DNA of 64,000 nt, taken from Chlorokybus atmophyticus. Lineage: Eukaryota; Plantae; Mesostigma and Chlorokybus algae. Where the stretch lies: the NCBI GenBank assembly GCA_009103225.1, contig RHPI01002090.1, forward strand, positions 1,349,932 to 1,413,931. Reading direction: 5' to 3'. The notes beneath the pieces are model-generated. The model was not told the DNA's origin. It was given only the letters and a program-made list of their open reading frames with translations, and did not search any database. Both the position numbers and the translations under genes were made by a program. Below, piece by piece: positions 28,261 to 40,809 of this stretch. Positions within the stretch are counted from its first letter, which is position 1, and the number at the start of each line of letters is the position of its first letter.

Positions 28261-30276
28261 ATGTCGTCCTCAGACGACTTCCTGGCGTCCAGCGAGGATG
28301 AGGGGGCGAAGGATGCGAGGAAGGAGATAGATGACAAGGAGAAGCGCAAGGCCGCTCTGTCCAAGCTGAGCAAAGAACAGGCACAGGTAGTTGCGGCTTC
28401 CGGCGATGACGGTGCCAAGCGGAAAGCAGGCAAGTCCCTCAAGAAAGGCAAAGGCGATAAGATCCCACGGAAGGGCCAAGCGGGTGAGCCCAGGATACCC
28501 CGGAAAAATGACAAAGCAGCTAAACGTCCAGGAGAGAAAGCGATGTGGGACGACATCCTCGCTGATTCTGAGGTTCGGGTCTGTCATTGTTGTTAAATCT
28601 AGTATTACAAAGAGCGCCATATGCTTAGTGGTGAGAAGCATTGACCCACCAACAAATGGGTTGCTGCTGTTTTAGCGACCTCGCGATGGGGTATGCTGCA
28701 TGGGTTTGTGATGGGTTGCAAGGTACATTCCGTTTCATAACAGAGTTCTTATACAGTCACATTGAAGTTAGTTTCAACTTGCAACCTGGAGTAGTAATTT
28801 GGCATTTGCATGTTGCACGTTCTTGCATGCGATAACTCATAATAGCAGACACATCTCATCCTGAGTTGTGTCTGCTATTGTGATTGGCTGCAGCAGGAAA
28901 GCATGCAGAGCAGTGCATAGGTTGCAATATCTGTGCTCAGTTATTGTTAAAACTCGTTAGTTTAGCAGCCTGGCTTCAATGTGTCCATTTGCATGAAACA
29001 GGACGATGTGGAAGGCGCAGCAACTGCTGCGGATAAGAGCTTCATCGATGATGCTGGTGTTGAGAAGGCCCCCAGTGATAGTGACAGCGATGGGGAAGGG
29101 TCTGTTAGGGATGTAGAGCAGGCAGAAGAAGCAGGCGAAGGGGATGAAGAACTGGAGTCATTTTTCAAGTCCAAATCCAAGCGGGGGAGGAAATGTGAGT
29201 GTAGTTAGTCGCTCTCTGGAGAGCCTTGTGGCTTTTGTGCCTGTCGTTGGGGACAGTGCTGATGACGGGCGCTCTGCAGTTGAGCGCACTGACGAAGAAA
29301 TCAGAGTCATGGTCCAGAACTTCTTGGCAAAGATGGACGATGCCGCTGAGACAGACGCTGAAGCCAACCGTAAAAGGAAGCCTGCCTTGGCGAAGCTTCA
29401 GATGTTACCAGAAGTTGTGTCCGTGCTGAGCAAGTAAGTTGTGTTTAACTCCAACGAAATGCCCTTTGCGTGAACGTTGGGTTGCACTCCCGTATTTTAG
29501 TGTTCTAGTCTCAACAGCATTCTTGTGCAGACGGCATCTACAAGAGACGTTTCTCGATAATGGGGCACTCGGTACACTCAAGACATGGATAGAACCGCTT
29601 CCTGATGGTTCATTGCCAAACATAAAGATCAGGCAAACATTGCTCACCATCTTGGACGACCTTCCTGTGGACTTGGAACAGCCTGACCGAAAGGCACAAC
29701 TGAAGAAGAGTGGTCTTGGTCGCGTTGTGCTCTTCCTGTCAAAACTGCCAGATGAGACAACCACCAATCGGAAGCTCGCAGCTCAGTTGGTTCAGAAGTG
29801 GTCACGGCCTCTGTTTGAGTTGACAACCAGATACGAGGACTTGCGACGCTTTTCTGATGATACAGAAGTGAAGAGAAGGATGCTGAAGCGCGAAGTAGAA
29901 CCTGCAGAGCAATTGTTGCTGAAGGCTAGTGGTGACGACAATGAAATGTGGAAGGACGGTTCAAACAAGGCTGCTGAACCCACCGGCAAGCGTATTGGCA
30001 CGCGGATACCCCGACCCAGTCCTATGGACTTCATCCGCAGACCTGAATACCAACCGCTGGACGCAGATGATGACCGCAGGCGAGGCAAGAGTGAAAGGGA
30101 TGACCCCCGGCAGAAGGTAAGTAATGTCTGACATCCAGTGCTGCCATGCGGTTGTGTGGTGCTCATGTCTTGTGCTGCAGATGGAGAAGAACTTGCTGAA
30201 GCTGCGCATGACCAAGAAGGTCCACAAGGCAGAGAAGCTCAGCGTGGAAGGGCGCGGCATGGTTACCTATAATTGA
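28261..30276 (+). CDS. IWS1: Transcription elongation factor IWS1/SPN1
   Basis: KMDDAAETDAEANRKRKPALAKLQML | FLDNGALGTLKTWIEPLPDGSLPNIKIR..LKKSGLGRVVLFL..ETTTNRKLAAQLVQKWSRP (TFIIS-N domain) | KLSVEGRG, TGA at 30274-30276. Confidence 0.95.
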
Positions 30277-30912
30277 GCCTGTCTCAGCTTGCTGAACGGA
30301 CATAAAGCTGCGCAGGGCGCCAGGCTCTAACCTCGTGTCAGCCTAGCTCTGTTGCCGACATGAAAAACGCAGCCAACCTGGAGTACAGGTTCGTAGGGCC
30401 AGGTTTCATGGAGGTTCTCAGAACGCGGCTACAACTGTGCTCTTGAACAGATGAACATGTGTCGTTGAGACCCAGGCACCGTTTGCTCTGTCGTGGTGGC
30501 TGCGCCATACACTCAGTGCCGTGCTTCCAACAGTTGAATCCATGCACGTGGATGCCTGAGCAGAAGCTCCCTTTTCTACTGGAGGCCGGTTGGTTTCTGA
30601 ATTTTGCCTGGCGTACGTGGTGTACCTGCGGGCTCTACTCTATGGCACTTTGAGGTCATACGTCGTGTACATAGTTGTGTCATCATATGTAAGCCACTGC
30701 GCAATGGCTGTTGGTCAGATAGGGTGACAACCCCCCTGATGTCAGGCATAGGAATTTAATTGTACAATGTTGTGTTGTATACTGGGGTTGGCTGTTGGAA
30801 TGACATTGAATGAGTGTTGTTGGGATGGAAAATTGGAGTGTCGACTTATGACGAGAAGTGCAGCATAACTCGCAGAGGGTAACAGTGGCGCTGCCTGCTT
30901 GTCCCAGTGCTT

Positions 30913-31220
30913 ACATCAACACCACCTTACACCATTGCAGGCGCAGGTTGTCATGGATGCTCGGTCTGTTGTGTGGTGCTAGTGGCTTGCTTCCTGGTTG
31001 ATGTGGCCTAGGTGGTATGCATCATATGGGACTGCCATGTGTGTTTACATCTCTTGCATAGTGTGAGGTCGTGAATGGAGCGTTCTAGAAATATAGATAT
31101 GTAGATGTATACATCAACGCCACCTTATACTGTTGCAGGCGCAGGCGCAGGTTGTTGGGGATGCTTTGGTGTGTTGTGTGGTGTTAGTGGCTTGCTTCCT
31201 GGTTAGTGTGGACTAGGTAG
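30913..31220. repeat. Diverged about 105-bp direct repeat, two copies (30913-31015, 31111-31220)
   Basis: Both copies share ACATCAAC.CCACCTTA.AC...TTGCAGGCGCAG...TGTTGTGTGGTG.TAGTGGCTTGCTTCCTGGTT, roughly 80-85% identity by eye. Confidence 0.8.
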
Positions 31221-31421
31221 GTTGTTGGGTACAATGCAAGGGAGGATTTTCAAAGGCATATGCGCCACTTGTGGCAGGGCATATTGCTGCACATGTGAGC
31301 CACATGAACGGATAAAGCATACAGACAACCACAGTGAGTTAGGAACCTCTGCTTGCCTCTGATTAAGATAGGAGGAATGGCTGAGACATGTCATCAATAT
31401 GTACATGGGTCAAGTGCGTTT

Positions 31422-32657
31422 TCAAGGATCTTGTGGGCCCTTGAAAGCAAAGAGCTCAGGCATATGAGCATTTGTGAATTTAGTCCTCTTGCTTTCTCTA
31501 CGCTTGCGCTCTTTGGGAGCGGTTCGACGTTTCTGCTGCTGGCTGAGAGCCCGATGAGCCGCGCTGCTTGCGGGCTTCATGCCAGCTTTCGCCAACTCAC
31601 GTTCCAAATCAGCGGGCTCGCGCGGTAGCTCTGTTTTTCGAAACACGTCTGCAATATCTAGATCAACCTTGATTGCAACCTTTGGCTCATTGGGAAAAAC
31701 AATGAACTCCTGAGTGTCGCTGTTAGAGATCATGTAGAGTTGCCCTTCCAGCTTCAAGGTCTGCGAAACACAATTGCAACTCACGTCAGGGTTCGGCAGA
31801 TTGAGCAGACTTGATGACGAGATGACAGATGCCAAATTACTGTGCTTGACCTGCATGTCATCTGCAATAGCTCGATAGGAGTCCTTCAGTTCTGAAAAAG
31901 GAATTCCCTCTGGAGCCTTGCGGAGAAGCTTGACGAGCTCGTTTTTGTCTTTGATACTGTATGTTGACTGCGAAGGGTGGTGTCAAGATAAGGTGTACGT
32001 TGAGACAAGGAAAATAACTGCTGTAGGCAACATGACATGGCATCTAAACATACCTTGTACTCATATGCAAACCCGTCAAAAGCAATCTTCACATTGCCCC
32101 TAACAGCCTCAGTAAGCTCAGGGTCTGAATCTACGTCAATCCCGCACTTGGCATGTATCTCTTCTGGTGTCAAGGCTTGCCCTGCCTATGCAAATGATAC
32201 TGCAATCATATTACCATGCCATAACTCGCTGAACTACACCAGATCAGCACACCAGACACGCAGTCAACACACATCGCACGAGACAAGCTGCCTGTCTCAC
32301 CTCAAATAAGCTTTGCAGCACGCTCTTGATTTGACTGGAAATAGGTGCCTTGCGAAAATGCGCCAGGGACAGCTGCGCCACGCTGACATATGGTTTTGGC
32401 GTCTGTGCAGGCGCAACAGCTAGAGCCACTCGCCTGACCTGCAGGAGCATGCATTGTTTGTTAAGGGTCAGTGCGTGAATCGGCTGCGTGCAAACCCAGC
32501 ACTCTCAACTTACGACAGCTGTCCACATGCTGACCTGTGATGCTGCTGGTGGGGCGGGCTTGGCGGATTTGCCATCAGCAGAAGCATGCTGGGCGGCCTG
32601 GTTCGCCAACTGATGTTGCCGCTGCTGGAATTTGCCCAACTGCGCCTTCAGCGCCAT
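31422..32657 (-). CDS. GTF2E2: General transcription factor TFIIE beta subunit
   Basis: MALKAQLGKFQQRQ (plant-type start) | ALTPEEIHAKCGIDVDSDPELTEAVRGNVKIAFDGFAYEYK | SQHSIKDKNELVKLL..GIPFSELKDSY | LKLEGQLY..IVFPNEP..VDLDIADVFRKTELP..KRTKFTNAHMPELF. A probable 5' UTR intron has its acceptor just upstream of the ATG. Confidence 0.92.
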
Positions 32658-33519
32658 GGCAACAGCTGTGTCGTGCAGATACAATGACAAGCGCCTTCAG
32701 CTTGTCCAATTGGGACGTGGCCAGCAGCCCATTGTGCGAGTCCTGTGGATGCCTGTGCACATGCCACAGGTTGACGATGGATTGCTTGAACAACAATTGA
32801 AAAGCGGGTGCTTTGCATTCAACAAGCGGGAAGCAATCACATCTCAACGTGCCATGCCAACTTGGCAAGCTGTTACAGCTCAAGAAGTTGTTACCAATCC
32901 ATATGTACTCAAATGTTTGCTGTGCTATAGTGGATATGTATATGCATACGTCTACTATACTACACTCTACAAGTACAGTATGCTGTACGCATATTCTAAA
33001 CTATCCTATACTCCAGAACGCGATACACTGGGACAACCTCGTGACATGCTCAACAAGGCGTGTATCATACTTTTTGCGACAGGAGACATATGAAGAACCG
33101 ATGAAGTAGATAGGAAGCAGGAGCAAGAGCTCGTGCCCTAGATAGCGGCATAAACATGCGCATTGATCCCAGGATCAGTTCCAGGCATGTTCGTGTGTGG
33201 AGGGTGACTGTGCCCTAGTTACAGCTGGTTAACAACATTCATGCCGCACTGTACACTGCGCGGCATGAATGTTGTTAACCAGATTACGACATGCACATGT
33301 CATGCGCATTGTTTCAGCACAACGCACCTGATGACACCAGCTGCTGGTGTCTGCAAAGCCTCAAAGCCGCTGCCCAAGCCCTCCGGCAACCATGAGATCA
33401 GCAGCAAACACTATCGCAGCGCCTCACAGGCAGCGAACACCAGCAGCAAACCGGCCCCGCCAAGCGACGCCACTGCCGCCAGCACAGTGGCCAAGCTGTT
33501 GACCAAAGCATTGAAGCAC

Positions 33520-33528
33520 AAACCCTAA
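33520..33528. promoter_or_regulatory. Telo-box AAACCCTAA in the TFIIE-beta/lipase divergent promoter
   Basis: Exact 9-mer read directly. Confidence 0.55.
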
Positions 33529-34205
33529 TTGTCGTCGGGCACCACGGTTAAGCAGAGCAGAGTCCGTAACCACGGTTTGTAGATACCACACGAATCTCAC
33601 TTGTCTTCCGGCCGTGAGATGCGCGGTCTGCTTAAGTAGCGCTGGACTGGGGATGGGCATCTGCGCGGTGCTGATGTTTATCCAAAGACCCTTGCCAAAC
33701 AGTAAACCGTGTCGTGGCAGCATTCCAACGTGGCAGCAACGATTCGGCGTTAGGGCGGCGGCGGCGGCGGTGAGGTGCGCGAGGTGCGCGAGGTGGTTGT
33801 GAACGCCGCCTGCAGCGTGGGCATTGCGAATTGCATAGTCACTGCAGTTGCCACTCCAGTGAGTAGACATGGCGCTAGGGCGACAGGTGTGGCAGGCGCT
33901 GGGCGGCGCTGCTGGACTGTGCGTGGGCGTTTGGGTGGGCGTTGCCCTGGGGATGTGCTTGGGTGTGCTAGTCTTATCTGTCGTGTTGCTAGCATAATTC
34001 AGGTCTGTGTGGTGTGTGTGTGCATACAATGGGGTGAAGCACGCGCGCAGCTGGCCGTGCGTGGTGGCTGGAGCCTTTGAGTGGCATGCTCTGTTCTTGA
34101 CGAGCTCGCTGCTCAGGCCGTCGCTAGTGGGCTGGCTTTAGGTTCGTTCATAGGGTTAGATTTGAACGGACACGAGTATGCTAAGTGTTCCATTGTAGCA
34201 AGCTG

Positions 34206-37200
34206 ATGCGCAGTGGTGCACTGGAGGAACCGCCACTGCCGGAAAGTCCTGGCTGGGCTGCTCGTCTTACTGTGGCATTACACAAATGGCGTTCATGGCT
34301 CCCAGGCACTCGGCAAGATGCAAACGTAAGTCAGGTGAGCTTTACATACTACAGCCCAGCATTGCTTGTTAGCAACGCAGGAGGTGCAAGTGCTTTTCCA
34401 CACCCGCGTCGTGTTATGGTAACCTCATGTGCCATCTTAAGGCGCTCGTGTGACCAATGATTACGCCTGGCTGAGCTGCGGCTTGTCTCAGGAGAAGCAG
34501 GATGTTTCTCGCGCGAAGTTGTTGTGTGCCCCGCTGGGTGTAGCAACCACTAGCGAAGTGTACGATGTCTTGGCAGCCATGGCGCTATCTGAATGTGTTT
34601 ATAAGGTACCTAAGCATCCGATGACTGTGGCAGAGGCATCTGCAGCTCATTGCAGCAAGCAACTGCCATGTGGTCCCATGGCAGATCAAAGTTGCCAATG
34701 GGCCCTGCGTGCTGCGTTACAATGCTTGCACCTGTTGTTGCTGTTGTGCAGCAGCATTTCATGTGTGCTTGTATGCCCTGTGTCATTTCACTTGACTCCG
34801 GCGTTACATCGCAGGAGTCTGAAGAAGAGCTGGCGCAAGGGCTTCAAAGCATTATACAACAGTTTGGCAAGGATTTAGTTTCGTTTTTGAGGCTTCAACT
34901 CTCGTTGACACATGCCAATCATCAGTGAGTGCAATGATTATTGCATATGGCGTTTTGTGGTAAATTTCTAACAATGGTGTCACCTGTAGGTACCTGCTCG
35001 CAGAAAACAGCACCACATTATTTGTAGCCTTCATTGGCACCAAGAAATACAGGTAGACATGCAGTCAAATGCCTGGGTATTCTATTAACATGACGCACGC
35101 AATGCTTACGATTGCATTGCTTACTGCAGGGATCTGGTCGCAGACGCACAGATTCTACATGCTGCAGTGTTTAGTGAAGATCTTGAAGTTGAGTTAGGCC
35201 GTGGCTGGGATGACAGCGGTCAGCATGAACCTGTCATATCTCACGGCTCTGCACAATCTGGAGACAGTAGTAGGAAACCAGAGGATGATCCTGACATCGT
35301 GGCCATGCAGCCGGCCGTGCATGCGGTGAGCACTCAGTGCTTGGATTGTATGCACCACGCATGCTGCATCGTGGAGACAGCCTTGAATTCGAATTGAACA
35401 GTTTGTAGCTGACTCAACCTATGTGCAGGGTTTCTTGGCGCGCGCAAGGGGGATCCCTATTCTACAGTTGTATAGACAAGCAATGTGTGCCGGCCGCAGA
35501 CTTGTTTTGTGCGGTCACTCTCTCGGTGGCGCGGTATGTGCTGTTGGTTCCCGCAGGTTCCAAACACATTGCTGCGTTGGCAATGCCAACATCAGGCTTT
35601 GTGACCTTGCATTGTTTCCTGTGCATCTAGGTTGCCGTCATCTCCGCGCTCTCTATACTGCGCGTGTTGGACAAAGTGCGCGGGGAAGATGTAAATTCGG
35701 CATGGGTACCGGTGCACTGCATCACTTTTGGGCAACCAGCAGTGGGGAACGCTGCGTTACAAGGGTGAGCTGCACGGTGGTAACAGATTACAGCTTGCTG
35801 AGGCACTCTTTGTCGTAGACAAGCACATTGCGTCTCATGTTCTGAACATTATGACCCTGTCGATAAGCACCACAAGTGCACCAGTCAACCTTGAGTATGT
35901 CGATGCGCACCCTAGGTGGCCAACTTTGGTGCTCTAAACATAGTTGCTTTTGGTGTGACAGGCTGGTTATACGCAAAGGTTGGGTGGCATGCTTCAAGTC
36001 CTATGTACTCAAAGACGACATCGTGCCACGTTTGCTGGCACTTGCTCAGCTTCAAAGAGAGCTTGCCCCGGTGTCACAACTGACCTCTGGAGAAGAGATG
36101 CCCACCGCACACCCTGTTCCTTTGTCCCGCTCGTGGTCGCCTGATCAGGATCAAACGGCTCCACCTGGGCTTGTTAAACAAGCAGCATCTGCATCAATGC
36201 CCATTGCTTCTGGACCGCGCGTCAACAAGACAGCCGGTGGTAGTGATGAGCGCGCCTACTGGCGCCTGCCGCGACTAGTACCACTCCCCAGTAAACCAGC
36301 TGCTCCATGGAGGTGGCCATTACGGCCATCAGAATCAACTGGCGAGCAGCAGACACAGTCTGAGATTATTTCATCACCAGCGGACCCCAGCAGTATGCAG
36401 GACGCCTTGCGCGCCGATCCACAAGTCCAGGCACCCCAAGCAACTGGACCCGCAACAACCGCAATGACAAGTAGTACTCTGGATGCCAATCATGGGGATT
36501 CGGAAGTGGCATCATCCAAAGTGATGCCTGACACTCAGCCGGATGTTGACTCACATGCTTCCCCAATTGTCGATGACAAGCCCGTCGCTGGATATGATGC
36601 GGCCTCAGGCTACAGAAGTGCAAGCTGGCTTGCCAGTCTGAAAATGCCTTTGTACATACCATTCGGCAAGCAGCTGCTGATCGGACCAGATAGGGTTGAT
36701 ATTGTTTCAAGCATAGATTCACTTGGCACTGTATCAGCTGTTCGAGCCCTGTGGAGTGAACTGCGCCTCAAGTTCAGCTCACACAGGATGTTCGCATACA
36801 GGTGAGCTACTTGTTGAATAGCATGCTTGCAACAGGGACAGTTTCCCCAACCGCTTGGCCATGAGCACGCTTGATTGAGTTGATGGTCGTGTCCTGTGTT
36901 CAGGTCACACTTGTACAGGATTTGTCAGCGCACTGTGCCTGCTGGGTTCATGATGCCAATGGCTGCCCCGTCTATGTCTGCACCTATTGACATACCCGGG
37001 AACAGTCCGAATCCGGATCCTGCAGCCATGCGCGATCACACATGTGTGCCGCAGCAGCTCTGCACAACTCCTGCATCTTGGGACCACATAGCTGAGCGCA
37101 TCCACATCCGAGCTGCACTTGGTGTTGTGCCAATTGCTAATGGTAGTAGAGGCTGGAGCTGGAACCAGAAAGACACCGCACGCGTACGTCTCCAAATATG

Positions 37201-38856
37201 TGGCACAGGGCTGCACCTGTGCAACCTCGCTTGGGTTCATTACAATCTGGCTAAATTTCCAGCTGTCATTGACCCTCCTGGCCCTCCACCACTGTTGCGG
37301 CCATGCAGTGCACCTCCTGTGCCATCGTCCATGCTGGTCATGGCCAATCTTCCTAATGTAGAAAGGGCTGCTAGTTCTGACTCTGGCTCAGGGTTGACTG
37401 TTCACTGCAGCAGTGACTTCTCAACCGCAGCATGTGAGGTAACGGCCATCCTTGCAACATGCTTTGCGCTGCAAAGCAGCTCGTGATGGCGGATACAGGA
37501 CGTCTGTACGCTTGAGCTCGTATTGCCTCTGTTTGGGTGTTCCAACATGACAAGCGCTGCGTTTCGTGAGCAGGTGCAATTGCGCATTCGCCGAGTGCGC
37601 CTGTTTGGCTTGGAGGGAGCTGGCAAGACTGCTCTGTTCAACGCCTTGACTGGGCAGCAGCAACTGATCAATGCCGGAGAGTGGATGTTTCCAGACTCCA
37701 CCTGCCAAGAAGCCATAACCAACGGCGTTTGCTATGCTGATGCGCCTGGCATTGATATGCAGGTACTGACATCAAGCACAACCGTAGTAGCCTGCACTGA
37801 GTGCCTAAGTGCTGACCTGCACTGAAGCGGGGCAGTCTGGGTTGGCCATTGTGTATTTTGCAGTCTATTATCCATTTGCTGCTGACTTCCGTTGTTGTCA
37901 GGATCTGCCAGGTGAAGTTCAGTGCTTGACGACGGATTTGGCTGCATCAGAGCCCTCGCCATTGGCAGCCTTGTGGCAGCGTCCAGATCTTTTGTTGCTT
38001 GTTCATAACATGGCGCACAAGGTGAGGGTCGCAATCCCTGAGCTGTTGCAATTGTGGCTTGTTGGCTCACTTGATTCAGCAGGTACCACTCAAGCGCAAT
38101 GTTGCTGGGCAACATGTTGTGCATGGGATACCTTCCGGGCAGCCTGCAATTGCACCGCTTCTCAATGTTGCAGCTGCAGCTGGCATACCGTTGGTGCTTG
38201 CCATTACCAATAAGTATGCTGTAACTGAAGAAAACCGACCAGCATCTGCTGCAGCGGTACGGTCTGCTGATCACTTGAATTCACTCGCGGACGGAGTGCT
38301 GCAGCTGCTTATTTGTCTTGTGCACTGCAGATCATGCGCGCATACGGCTTCTCGCAACAGCAATGCGTTGTACTCAACTCCCGGCCTCTGGTAGTCCATA
38401 GCGGCAGCATGCCACAGTCAGTGTCCAACGCCGGTGCAACTAAGACACCCAGCAAACCGTCAACATGGTGGCGCAAGTCTGCACCGGCCATGGTGTTATC
38501 AGAAGAAGGCGTTGAAGAGCTGCGCAATGTCATCCACACCACGTTGCTCGCATATGAAACCCAGGTGAGTTGCCGATTGTCTAAGGCTTTCTGCCCCACT
38601 GCTGCGATTTGTGCTTGCTGCGAATTTCATCATACGTGTTGCCCCTGAGCAGGCCATGCAAGCAATGGAGGCAGCTGTGGTTGCAGAGGACCATCTGCTC
38701 AGGCAGTCACAGACACTGATGGAAAGTCCCCAAGAACAGGTTGGCACAGACTACACGCACAGTCCCCAAAGTGCTGTTGCCGTGGGTGCGGCTGTCGGGC
38801 TGAGCATGGTAGCTGCAACTGTTTTGGCAGTTGGCAGTGCATGGCGTGGGCGGTGA
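34206..38856 (+). CDS. Class 3 lipase fused to a P-loop GTPase-like domain with a C-terminal tail anchor (At3g07400-like)
   Basis: RYLLAENSTTLFVAFIGTK | AVHA|GFLARARGIP..LVLCGHSLGGA|VA | CITFGQPAVGNAAL | YVLKDDIVPRLL | SHRMFAYR | RLFGLEGAGKTALF..YADAPG | LAITNKY | AVAVGAAVGLSMVAATVLAVGSAWRGR stop. Confidence 0.9.
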
Positions 38857-40809
38857 CGGATGGGCAGCAGTCAGTCAACACGCTTTTTCCTCTCTCATTG
38901 GTGATGCAATAGGCGTAGGTGCTGGTATGTCATTTTTGCTGTGATTTCGCTTATGGATAGGGTTCCCTGTTGTGCTGGAGTTCGCTGTAGATTGCCGGCA
39001 TTGTTAGTGTTCACAACGCGGGCTTGGTAAAGATTGCCGTGTTAGTTTTATGTCGGTTGAGATCTCGCTGGAGCAGGGCAAGCAGTAACCAGTTCATGTG
39101 TCAATAAAGTAGCATTGGCCATTGCCGTTTGGTGTGGATTTGAGCGCTTGCATTTGATACTTGCACATGTTCAAGCTGCAACTGTACGCAGCGGTACTGA
39201 GCTTATACTTCATGCCCAATCCATTCACGTTGCTACTAGAAGTTTTCCTTCTATAATTGCATTGTCAACCTTCAATTCAATGCTTGCAACCAAGTGCGCA
39301 CTTGCCATCTTGCATGCGCAATAGCGACGCCAAAGTCAATTACACACAAACACAAGGCACGCAGGCATATGGTAGAGTAGAGGGGCCAAAGATCACAAGT
39401 CAGAGCGCGCTCATAGCCAGCAAAACGAATAGCGTACAAATAACACAAATACATATGCAGCATACTACCTTTTATACCTTAGTGTCTATGCATGTGTCGT
39501 GCATGTTGCATACATCACGTGCATATTCTGTACACTGCACAGCATTGCATATTTTCTACACTACCGTATGAACCCGTATGCCCCCCCCGCCTCACACCCC
39601 CCTCGCCCCCTCCAAACACACATACACATGCATCTCACAATTCATTGTACAACACCTCAGTGCATGCATATAGAGGAGTAGCGGGCTTCACATGCCCTCT
39701 GCTGCAGATGAAGCCCGCTGCTCCTCTGCATGTCCTACCTACGCTCTTGCACTTGCACTTGCATTCACGTAGACTAGCTTAAAGAAAACCCATGTAGCCT
39801 AGAGGTGGTGATGGGAAGAAAGTGTTGTGCTCTAGGTGTGGTGCTTTTGTTGTGCGAGCTTGGCATAGCGTGTGCATAAATGTTTTCAAATACATTCAAT
39901 ACAATACCCAAGACATAGGGTATAGTATTGAATGTGTAGAAGCCCGGCAATAAAAACGCGTTGAGCCGTACTTTCATGCGCTTTAATTGCAAAAAGATCC
40001 AAGTGTTGTTGAAGGCAATCACAAGTTCACAATGAAAGCATACACTAGGTGAGTCTAGCTTGGCAGCTCGCAGTATCAAGCGTATGACTGGTACTTCAAG
40101 GGGCTTACTGGCACACCAATGCCATCCATTCCAGTTCACCGAAGTGCATCGCCAGTGCCGCTGCCAGTTCTCACGCCGCGCAAAGGCCCTGACAGAGTCG
40201 CACTCAGGGCTGATAATCAGATATTTTGGCCTTTTCGGCGCTTTTCGGCGGCAGGCCGCGGGGCACAGCGCGAAAAGCGAGTGAGCAGTGCCATCATCAC
40301 CATCTAATCAAACGGCTAGCTCAGCAAGCTGCGGCGCAGCACGAACGGTCCCTACCGTTCCCGCCAGATCGATAGACTCCAGCCGCCACCCGTCCTCACT
40401 CACAGTAACCAAGATCAGCGCAAGTCAGAACGTTACTCGACGTTGATGTATATCTGTCAAACGGCATCCCAATCAAAGCAAGCAAAACGTTAGCTATGCA
40501 TCGCAGCTAACAACTGCTAAGCTTAGTAGTTGCAAGCTTCTTGACCTACTGGTAACTGCTGACGGGTTGCGCGTGAGGCACCCACAAATGAAGCCAATCG
40601 CATCCTGAAGTGTGTTAAACGGCTGCCGTTGCGAGCAGTCTGCCTGAGGGGCGACGGGGCGGCGGCAGCAGTGTTCTTGGCGTGGTTGTTGTGAAGTAGG
40701 AGTCTGCGAGTGAAGACGCGGTGGGCTCCTGGAGCTGCTTGTGGTTGTTTGAGGTTGCTGGGACCTTGTCTGGGCTGCAGCTGGGCTGTGTGAGCTTCCT
40801 GCCGCCATA

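Noticed and set aside
20648-32657. Functional cluster of transcription and chromatin genes (SWC2, IWS1, TFIIE-beta)
   Set aside because: Housekeeping genes are abundant, orientations are mixed and an unrelated gene intervenes, so this is compatible with chance.
33241-34029. ORFs between TFIIE-beta and the lipase
   Set aside because: They are low-complexity with no motif and overlap a telo-box. They are better explained as promoter and 5' UTR exons.
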